Part shown: piece after piece, positions 37,781 to 45,362 of the stretch
Numbering within the stretch: the first letter of the stretch is position 1
Layout of the letters: every line of letters starts with the position of its first letter
From: Pseudobutyrivibrio sp.
GTDB lineage: Bacteria; Bacillota; Clostridia; Lachnospirales; Lachnospiraceae
Reading direction: 5' to 3' (one strand)
Assembly: GCF_017557435.1 (NCBI RefSeq)
Contig: NZ_JAFYYR010000021.1
Length of the DNA: 64,000 bases
Notes under the pieces: generated by a model
What the model saw: only the letters and a program-made list of their open reading frames with translations
Told to the model about the DNA's origin: nothing
Databases searched by the model: none
Position numbers and translations under genes: made by a program

Positions 37781-39540
37781 AAAATCTCTTCCTTTGCCTC
37801 TTCTACTGTAGTGGCGTCTGTCTTTACCTCAAAGCCTGCAGCCTTTAAATCGTTCATTACATAAGTAACCTGTGGGGCTGCAAGACCTATTTTTTCAAGC
37901 TCTTTATAGTGAGCAAATACTTCCTTTGGTGTGCCATCATATACTGGCTTACCACCGTCCATAACTATGATTCTGTCAACATAGTTGGCAACGTCTTCCA
38001 TGGAATGTGATACAAGAATAACTGTATCTCCACGCTTTTCATGCATATCAGAAATAAGTCCTAATATATCATCCCTACCCTTTGGATCAAGACCTGCTGT
38101 CGGCTCATCCAAAATGAGAACTGCTGGCTTCATGGCAATAACACCTGCTATTGCAGCACGGCGCTTTTGACCACCTGAAAGCTCAAATGGGGATGCAAGG
38201 AAAAACTCCTCAGGAAGGCCAACCAATCCAAGAGCCTCATAAGCTCTCTTAATCTGCTCCTTCTCATCAAGTCCCTGATTCTTAGGACCGAACTGAACAT
38301 CCTTAAATACTGTAGTCTCAAAAAGCTGGTGCTCAGGATACTGGAATACCATACCTACCTGAGTACGCAAATCTCTAATATCGTAATCCTTGTCATAGAT
38401 ATCCTGTCCACGATAATAAATAGAGCCCTCAGTGGACTTGATTAGTCCATTAAGATGCTGAACCAATGTAGATTTACCTGAGCCTGTATGGCCGATAATA
38501 CCGATAAATTCGCCCTCTTTTATATTAAGGCTAACATCATCTAAGGCTGTAACCTCATAGCTGGTTCCTGGGCTGTATTTGTATGATACATGGTCAAGAA
38601 TCATCACATTATCAGTAGGATTCTTCTTAGAAGGATGACTCTCTGGAAAATCAAGCTTTCCTCCACCAATCTGATTTCTGATTAAATGACCATAGTTTTC
38701 TTTTAATGCTTCAAGTAATTCTTTTCTTGTAAGGACACAATCAGGCAAGTTAAGTCCAGCCTTTTTAAGCTCATGAGCTAAAAGTGTAACCTGAGGAACA
38801 TCAAGGCTGTGCTGCTTTAATAAATCAACATCCTTGAAAATCTCCCTAGGAGTGCCCTCCATGAAAACTTTACCCTTTTCCATTACAAATACATAGTCAG
38901 AGTCTACAACCTCCTCCATGTAATGTGTAATAAGAATAACTGTAATTCCCTTTTCCTTGTTAAGGGTATGAACAGCCTGAAGCACATCTGCTCTTCCGTC
39001 TGGGTCAAGCATAGCAGTAGGCTCATCCAAAATAATACATTTTGGCTCCATAGCCATAACGCCAGCAATGGCAACACGCTGCTTCTGACCACCTGAGAGC
39101 TTGTTTGGAGAATGACTCTTGTATTTATACATGCCAACCATCTTAAGAGCCTTTTCTACTCTTGTAATAATCTGCTCAGTTGGCACGCCAATATTCTCAG
39201 GACCAAATGCCACGTCCTCATCAACTACAGATGCAATTATCTGATTGTCTGGATTCTGGAAAACCATACCTGCAGTCTGACGCACTGCAAATGTATACTC
39301 ATCATCAGATACATTCATACCATCTACGTAAAGTGTACCCTCTGAAGGTGTAAGAAGTGCATTAATATGCTTAGCGAATGTGGACTTACCAGAACCGTTG
39401 TGACCTAAAATAGAGATAAACTGGCCTGGTTCCACATTAAGATTAACGTGATCAAGGGCAACCTGAATTGCTTCAACATTGCCCTCTTCGTCACGTCTAA
39501 TATATTCATGAACTAATTCTTTTGCTCGAATAATTGACAT
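37765..39540 (-). CDS. ECF transporter ATPase, single polypeptide with two ABC domains (EcfA1-EcfA2 fusion)
   Basis: 591 aa. Walker A GHNGSGKST and GHTGSGKST. Signatures LSGGQKQRVAIA and LSGGQKRRAAIA. In-frame ~30-aa linker (ENYGHLIRNQIGGGKLDFPESHPSKKNPTDNV). Confidence 0.9.
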   Translation of the reverse strand: MSIIRAKELVHEYIRRDEEGNVEAIQVALDHVNLNVEPGQFISILGHNGSGKSTFAKHINALLTPSEGTLYVDGMNVSDDEYTFAVRQTAGMVFQNPDNQIIASVVDEDVAFGPENIGVPTEQIITRVEKALKMVGMYKYKSHSPNKLSGGQKQRVAIAGVMAMEPKCIILDEPTAMLDPDGRADVLQAVHTLNKEKGITVILITHYMEEVVDSDYVFVMEKGKVFMEGTPREIFKDVDLLKQHSLDVPQVTLLAHELKKAGLNLPDCVLTRKELLEALKENYGHLIRNQIGGGKLDFPESHPSKKNPTDNVMILDHVSYKYSPGTSYEVTALDDVSLNIKEGEFIGIIGHTGSGKSTLVQHLNGLIKSTEGSIYYRGQDIYDKDYDIRDLRTQVGMVFQYPEHQLFETTVFKDVQFGPKNQGLDEKEQIKRAYEALGLVGLPEEFFLASPFELSGGQKRRAAIAGVIAMKPAVLILDEPTAGLDPKGRDDILGLISDMHEKRGDTVILVSHSMEDVANYVDRIIVMDGGKPVYDGTPKEVFAHYKELEKIGLAAPQVTYVMNDLKAAGFEVKTDATTVEEAKEEILCCVK

Positions 39541-39549
39541 CGGTACCCA

Positions 39550-40047
39550 CTATTCCTTCCAGTTGAGTCTATGTAAATTACCCTCAGTCTCAAGGCCGAG
39601 GAAGTCGTTTTGTCTCAGTGCTTCATAGAGAATCACTGCTACCGAATTTGATAAATTTAGTGATCTAATATCATGTCCCATTGGAATACGAACACAATTC
39701 TCCTCATTGTCAACAAGAATCTCTTCAGGAATACCTGCACTCTCCTTGCCAAACATTATGTAGCAGTCTGGCTCATAATTCACCTGGGTGTGTGTCTTTT
39801 TAGCCTTTGTGGTGGCCATATAGACCTTAGCATCAGGATTTTTCGCCTTGAAGTCTTCCCAATCATCATAGCGGAACACCTCTAGCTTATCCCAATAATC
39901 CATGCCTGCGCGCTTTACAGTCTTGTCAGTAAGAACAAAACCTAGTGGCTCTATCAAATGAAGTCTAGTGCCTGTGGCGCAACATGTTCGCCCAATATTC
40001 CCAGTATTAGCAGGAATCTCAGGCTCATGCAAAACTATATTAAGCAT
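39550..40047 (-). CDS. trmL: tRNA (cytidine/uridine-34 2'-O)-methyltransferase TrmL (SpoU family)
   Basis: MLNIVLHEPEIPANTGNIGRTC matches the E. coli TrmL start. 165 aa from ATG 40047. The track GTG start 40074 lies inside the hairpin repeat. Confidence 0.9.
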   Translation of the reverse strand: MLNIVLHEPEIPANTGNIGRTCCATGTRLHLIEPLGFVLTDKTVKRAGMDYWDKLEVFRYDDWEDFKAKNPDAKVYMATTKAKKTHTQVNYEPDCYIMFGKESAGIPEEILVDNEENCVRIPMGHDIRSLNLSNSVAVILYEALRQNDFLGLETEGNLHRLNWKE

Positions 40048-40059
40048 TTTAAAACCTAC

Positions 40060-40143
40060 GCTGGTTACGCTCACAATCCTGAGAGCCTCCTCCGATGACT
40101 ATATGTCATTCTCCGGAGACCTCAGAGATTGTGACATACCAGC
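40060..40143 (-). repeat. Hairpin repeat, copy 3 (12 nt upstream of trmL ATG)
   Basis: GCTGGTTACGCTCACAATCCTGAGAG...CTCAGAGATTGTGACATACCAGC. Apex GATGACTATATGTCATT. Confidence 0.85.
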
Positions 40144-40161
40144 TTACTCTTTCTAATAATT

Positions 40162-41328
40162 CTAACCTCGAAGTTCGTTGATGAATTCTTCGATTCTGTC
40201 CATGGCTTTCTTAAGGTTCTCAAGTGAGTATGCGTAAGATATACGTACATTGCCCTCCCCTGAGTCTCCAAAGGCTGTGCCAGGAACTACCGCAACTTCT
40301 TTTTCTTTTAAGAGGCGAGTACAGAACTCCTCTGAGCTCATACCAAACTCTGCAATTGAAGGGAAAATGTAAAATGCGCCATAAGGCTCAAAGCATTTAA
40401 CATTCATCTTCTTAAAGCGATTAAGGAGGTAACGACGTCTGTCATTGTACTCCTCTCTCATGTTAGCCACATCCTCATCACAATCACGGATAGCTGTAAC
40501 TGCTGCATACTGGCTAGTTGTAGGTGCGCACATGATTGCAAACTGGTGAATCTTAGTCATCTGCTGAATAATCACCTGTGGTGCACAGACATAACCAAGT
40601 CTCCATCCTGTCATAGCATGGCTCTTAGAAAAGCCATTGATGTAAATTGTGCGTTCCTTCATGCCTGGGAAGCTGGCAATTGAAACATGTCCGCTTCCAG
40701 TGTATGTAAGCTCACCGTAGATTTCATCAGTGAGAACAAATAAATCGTATTTCTTAACAAGCTCAACAATTGGCTCAAGATCAGCCTTTTCCATAACTGC
40801 CCCTGTTGGATTGTTAGGGAATGGCATAATAAGTATCTTTGTCTTGTCGGTGATAGCTGCCTCTAATTCCTCTGGCTTAAGGCGGAATTCATTTTCCTCC
40901 TTGAGGTTGATTGCAACTGGAACACCACCAGCAAGAATTGTACATGGCTCGTATGATACGTAAGATGGCTGAGGAATAAGTACCTCATCTCCTGGGTCAA
41001 GCATAGCGCGAAGTGCTACGTCGATACCCTCAGAACCACCTACTGTCATAAGCATCTCTGTAAGTGGATCGTAATCCAAATCATAGTGACGCTTTAAGAA
41101 CTCAGAAATCTCTATTCTAAGCTCCTTAAGACCTGAGTTAGATGTGTAGAATGTGCGGCCTCTCTCAAGAGAATAGATTGCCTCATCTCTAACCTTCCAT
41201 GGTGTATCAAAGTCAGGTTCACCAACACCAAGTGAAATAGCCTCTGGCATCTCAGCTACAATATCAAAAAACTTACGAATGCCTGATGGCTTAATTTCTG
41301 TAATTGTTTTATTTAGAGGGTTTCTCAT
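40162..41328 (-). CDS. PLP-dependent class-I aminotransferase (aspartate-aminotransferase-like)
   Basis: 388 aa. PLP-lysine motif GFSKSHAMTGWRLGY. NPTG motif PNNPTGAV. Confidence 0.9.
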   Translation of the reverse strand: MRNPLNKTITEIKPSGIRKFFDIVAEMPEAISLGVGEPDFDTPWKVRDEAIYSLERGRTFYTSNSGLKELRIEISEFLKRHYDLDYDPLTEMLMTVGGSEGIDVALRAMLDPGDEVLIPQPSYVSYEPCTILAGGVPVAINLKEENEFRLKPEELEAAITDKTKILIMPFPNNPTGAVMEKADLEPIVELVKKYDLFVLTDEIYGELTYTGSGHVSIASFPGMKERTIYINGFSKSHAMTGWRLGYVCAPQVIIQQMTKIHQFAIMCAPTTSQYAAVTAIRDCDEDVANMREEYNDRRRYLLNRFKKMNVKCFEPYGAFYIFPSIAEFGMSSEEFCTRLLKEKEVAVVPGTAFGDSGEGNVRISYAYSLENLKKAMDRIEEFINELRG

Positions 41329-41807
41329 AAGCTCACCTTCTCCCTCTCATCAACATGCTTTTCTGCCATAATGATGCCGTGATCCTTGTATTTCTTCAAA
41401 ACGAAATTGGTCTGTGTCGAAAGCACTGAATCAAGTGGAGAAAGCTTTGCTGAAACAAAATCAGCAACCTCTCTAAGTGTATGTCCCTCAATAGAAACCA
41501 TGAAATCATAGCTTCCTGAAATAAGGTAAACTGCATTGACCTCTGGATAATTGTAGATGCGCTCTGCAACCTTATCAAAACCCATACCTCTCTGTGGTGT
41601 AACACGTACTTCAATAAGTGCAGACACCTTTTCAACAGAAGCCTTATCCCAATTGATAAGTGTAGGATAGCCACAGATAATGTGCTCATTTTCCATAGCC
41701 TCAAGCTCATTAACAATCATAGCCTGCTCTGTGCCAAGCATCATTGCCAAATCCTCAAGGTCAATTCTACTATTGTGTTCTATATAACTTAAAATTTTTT
41801 CTCTCAT
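41325..41807 (-). CDS. Lrp/AsnC-family transcriptional regulator
   Basis: 160 aa with HTH N-terminus and a RAM-type C-domain. ATGA overlap with the aminotransferase start. Confidence 0.85.
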   Translation of the reverse strand: MREKILSYIEHNSRIDLEDLAMMLGTEQAMIVNELEAMENEHIICGYPTLINWDKASVEKVSALIEVRVTPQRGMGFDKVAERIYNYPEVNAVYLISGSYDFMVSIEGHTLREVADFVSAKLSPLDSVLSTQTNFVLKKYKDHGIIMAEKHVDEREKVSL

Positions 41808-41839
41808 TTCAAATCCCTCCTATACGCTTGTTACGCTCA

Positions 41840-42823
41840 TTAATTAATTGAATATAAAGCATCGGCTTTCGGCGGTTCAAGGAAGCGAACCTCTTCACCG
41901 CTTAATATGCGTCTATCATTCGAAGAGTTGGACTTCCCGATAATGGCGGATGCTACCCCCGCGTCCGCTAGTTTTCTAACTAGACCATTACCGTCCTCTG
42001 TGGCTATAAGCATAGCTCCAGAAGAAATAAGCTCGTATGGATTTATTCCAAAGAACTCACAAACCTCTATAGTCTCCTGCTTAACAGGAATGCTCTTTAA
42101 ATCAACATCAATACCAACACCTGATGCTTCACCCATCTCCCAAAGGGCTCCAAATATGCCGCCCTCTGTCACGTCGTGCATAGCAGCAACTCCGTGCTCA
42201 ACTGCAATCCTGCTCTCAGGTAAAACACTCAAATACTGGTCAAATGACTTAGCTGTATCAACAAGTGATGCAGGAAGTCTTGTTAAAAGTTCCTTCTCAT
42301 GGTCCTTGGCAATGATAGATGTACCCTCAAGGCCTATCCACTTAGTAAGGACAATATCCATACCAGGCTTTGCCCCGCCAGTAGAAATCATCTGACCCTT
42401 TTTCACCTTACCAACTGCTGTAACCGAAATAAGTGGCTGAGTAACAGCCTCAGTAACTTCTGTATGTCCACCGATAACCTGGACATTATATCGCTTGCAG
42501 GCAGCATCTACCTGCTCCATAATTCCCTTTAACTTAGCCTCACGCATACGAGGAGTGAGAAGCACTGTAAGAAGTATGCCCACAGGCTCAGCACCTGCAG
42601 ATGCCAAATCATTAACAGAAATGGTCACAGCAAGCTCGCCGATATCTGAGGCTGTACCAGTGATTGGGTCTGTAGAGAGAACCATCTCCTCATCAGGACC
42701 TAGTGCCACTGTAGCACAGTCCTCTCCCACATTCGGTCCACTAGTAACCTCAGGGCGTGTGACATGAAGTTGTTTTATGACAGAACGCTTTAAAACGCTC
42801 TCTGGTAATTTTCCGATTTCCAT
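41840..42823 (-). CDS. AIR-synthase-related (PurM/ThiL/HypE-fold) protein
   Basis: 327 aa. N-domain VGEDCATV...DPITG, C-domain AMHDVTEGGIFGALWEM. Confidence 0.8.
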   Translation of the reverse strand: MEIGKLPESVLKRSVIKQLHVTRPEVTSGPNVGEDCATVALGPDEEMVLSTDPITGTASDIGELAVTISVNDLASAGAEPVGILLTVLLTPRMREAKLKGIMEQVDAACKRYNVQVIGGHTEVTEAVTQPLISVTAVGKVKKGQMISTGGAKPGMDIVLTKWIGLEGTSIIAKDHEKELLTRLPASLVDTAKSFDQYLSVLPESRIAVEHGVAAMHDVTEGGIFGALWEMGEASGVGIDVDLKSIPVKQETIEVCEFFGINPYELISSGAMLIATEDGNGLVRKLADAGVASAIIGKSNSSNDRRILSGEEVRFLEPPKADALYSIN

Positions 42824-42831
42824 TTTATTTC

Positions 42832-44511
42832 CTATATAGGTGCATTTTGTGTGTCTACTGTTGTTGTGTCTGGAACTGTTGTATCAGCTGGTGCTGGAGC
42901 TGGCGCAGGCTGCGCTGGCTCAGCAGGCTGAGAATCTGTGCCACTTGGATTTGTAACCTGATACTTAGGTGTAATTACAAATGGCGTAGAATTAGTAACT
43001 CCTGGTGCGTATGTAGCAATAGCCGCCGCAATTGTATTTGCATCCTGAGTAGAAACTGCCTGAAGCATGGCCGCTGAAAGGTTAGGATCTGTAGAACCAA
43101 TACCTACCACAACAGTTCTGTTTGATGGATTGTACTTACTGTTGTTATATACTGTACGGCTAACTTCCTGACCATTCTCGTAAACAATCTTCCAAAGCTT
43201 TGCTGAAACACCTGTATGTCCACTTACTGTAGTAGCCATCTGACCAAGTGGTCTAGCTGCATCTGCAACCCATGTTGTATTTTGAACATTGACAGCTGTA
43301 ATCTCTGTCTCGTACTTAACCTCATGGCCTGGGTCATCCTCCTCCTTACCGTAGATATTGAAGTAAGCATGACCACCATCACAGTATCCCTCAATATAAA
43401 TAGGATAACTCTTGTTATTGCGAATCTGGAAGTCCTTGCCGCCAGACTCTGAAATAGCTGCATCCTGAGATGCAGGAACGTATGTAACAATCATAGAGTG
43501 GCAATTTCTAGTAACTACCTCAAGCTCTGCCTCACGAACTGCTCCATAGAATGTGGTAGATACCTGGCAAATACCACCGCCATATGTCTCTACTGTAGTA
43601 CCATTTTCATAAGAACCAGCAAGCTGGTAACCATTCTCAGCTGTAAATGGTGTAATTGCATTAAGTACTGAGAATTCATCTCCTGGATATAAAATAGTGC
43701 CATCTATAAAACTAACACCATTGGCAACATTTTGCTTTCTATTAGCAGATGATGAGCTGTAATCTGTACTAAATGAGCCAAGGCAATCCTTGATCTCTGC
43801 AAGCTCTTCCTTGCTTCCTCTAGGTTCCTTAACCTCTGTAACAAGATCAACTGTGGCATCACCACCATCCCACTTATTTTCAATGTAATCAACAAGTACA
43901 TCAGCAGATTCATCAACCTGAACTACAACACCAGATGTACCCTCATGGAAAACAAATTCACCATTTTCTCTAGTGAGATAATCATCGCTGGCCTCATCAT
44001 TAACCTGCTCGGAAGCTGAATTCAAATATGTAATAAGACCTGTCTTGTTAGCTCCTGTGGAAAGGGCAAAGTCCTTAGTACGTCCCTCTTCCATATCCTT
44101 TGATGCCTTAAAACGCTCTGCGAAGTTACCATATGAACCATATGTAGCAGCCTTAACTGTAACGTCTGGATTCTTAGGACCTATACAAAGGTCAGCGCCA
44201 GTAGCTGTAAAACTCTGCTCGTTGGCATTAAGTGTAAAATTAACTGAATCATACTGAGAATAGTACTCATCAATGCGGGCATTAGCTTCGTCAACTGTAA
44301 GACCTGCCACGTCCATTCCTCCGATTGTAACACCCTTAGGAATGATGCGATTATCAGGCTCTGCTTCCTCTTCTACCACAGCCTCCGCCTCGTCATTTAA
44401 AAGCTCCTCATCAGATGCCTCTGCTGCGTAGACAGTAGTAGGTGTTCCCATAAATAAAGTAAAATTACTTAAACACAATGAAATTGCAAAAAATACTTTT
44501 ATTTTTTTCAT
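42832..44511 (-). CDS. VanW-family protein with G5-like segment and Pro/Ala/Thr-rich tail
   Basis: 559 aa with signal peptide. VanW core GGGICQVSTTFYGAVREAELEVVTRNCHS. Later a G5-like stretch (...LWKIVYENGQEVSRTVYNNSKYNPSNRTVVVG). Confidence 0.85.
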   Translation of the reverse strand: MKKIKVFFAISLCLSNFTLFMGTPTTVYAAEASDEELLNDEAEAVVEEEAEPDNRIIPKGVTIGGMDVAGLTVDEANARIDEYYSQYDSVNFTLNANEQSFTATGADLCIGPKNPDVTVKAATYGSYGNFAERFKASKDMEEGRTKDFALSTGANKTGLITYLNSASEQVNDEASDDYLTRENGEFVFHEGTSGVVVQVDESADVLVDYIENKWDGGDATVDLVTEVKEPRGSKEELAEIKDCLGSFSTDYSSSSANRKQNVANGVSFIDGTILYPGDEFSVLNAITPFTAENGYQLAGSYENGTTVETYGGGICQVSTTFYGAVREAELEVVTRNCHSMIVTYVPASQDAAISESGGKDFQIRNNKSYPIYIEGYCDGGHAYFNIYGKEEDDPGHEVKYETEITAVNVQNTTWVADAARPLGQMATTVSGHTGVSAKLWKIVYENGQEVSRTVYNNSKYNPSNRTVVVGIGSTDPNLSAAMLQAVSTQDANTIAAAIATYAPGVTNSTPFVITPKYQVTNPSGTDSQPAEPAQPAPAPAPADTTVPDTTTVDTQNAPI

Positions 44512-44539
44512 AACAACCTCTATAATTTAGTATAATATA

Positions 44540-44638
44540 TTATAGTAATGCAGCGGCAATAGTGGTAAATAACATGCAGATAACAACTATAACCAATACT
44601 ACTCCTGCAAATCTTTGCTGTCTTTTACTACGCTTCAT
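44540..44638 (-). CDS. Possible 32-aa membrane peptide (MKRSKRQQRFAGVVLVIVVICMLFTTIAAALL)
   Basis: Own translation. GAGG 8 nt upstream. Basic N-terminus plus one hydrophobic helix. Lies just upstream of VanW on the same strand. Could be chance in AT-rich DNA. Confidence 0.3.
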   Translation of the reverse strand: MKRSKRQQRFAGVVLVIVVICMLFTTIAAALL

Positions 44639-44670
44639 TATAATACCTCACATTTAGTAAAGGAGAAACC

Positions 44671-45318
44671 ATGGGCTTCCCAATTTTACCTTTTTTCTTA
44701 ATCTTTTTAGTATGGCTGGCATTTCGCTTGCGAAAGCTTGATGCCAAGCAAGAACAGGAAGAACATGACTTCTGGGCTAAGGAGCGCCAGGCCAATGTAA
44801 CCCCTGCAAAAGATATATCAAATCTAAGATATATTACCATTCCAATGGAAAAATTTCCATTAAATTTTAGTAATGATGAAAAAGTAATTGAAATCGAAAA
44901 AGAATTACAAGAATTGTCTACCCACAAGCTACTAAACCTTATAGGTGTAACCAATACAGATTTGAAACTTACATATGGTGTCCCTAACTTTCAGACCATG
45001 TCTCAAATAGGAGATGATTTCGACAGAGTTTGCGTTCTTCTAAACGCTTACGCCCATGCACTTATGGAGGCTGAACGAGTTGATGATGTAATCACAGTTC
45101 TTGAATTTGCTGTAGGTGTAGGCACTGATATAAGCGAAAGCTACACACTTCTAGCCCACTGCTACGAGCAAAAGGGAATGCATGAGAAGCTTTCATTACT
45201 TAAAAGACAAGTTGAGCAAAGTAAGCTTCTTCTTAAAAATTCTATTCTTTCGAAAATCGAATCTGATAGAACTATCATCTCAGATGATGATAATCAGGCT
45301 GTGGATATGAAATTATAA
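44671..45318 (+). CDS. Membrane-anchored hypothetical protein
   Basis: 215 aa with AAGGAG SD. N-terminal TM (FPILPFFLIFLVWLAF), helical C-terminus. Shares a bidirectional terminator at 45332-45357. Confidence 0.7.
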   Translation: MGFPILPFFLIFLVWLAFRLRKLDAKQEQEEHDFWAKERQANVTPAKDISNLRYITIPMEKFPLNFSNDEKVIEIEKELQELSTHKLLNLIGVTNTDLKLTYGVPNFQTMSQIGDDFDRVCVLLNAYAHALMEAERVDDVITVLEFAVGVGTDISESYTLLAHCYEQKGMHEKLSLLKRQVEQSKLLLKNSILSKIESDRTIISDDDNQAVDMKL

Positions 45319-45331
45319 TTATTATATAAAA

Positions 45332-45357
45332 AAGGGACGACCAATTGGCCGTCCCTT
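45332..45357. terminator. Bidirectional terminator between convergent genes
   Basis: AAGGGACG-ACCAATTGGC-CGTCCCTT with A-run and T-run flanks. Confidence 0.8.
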
Positions 45358-45362
45358 AATTT

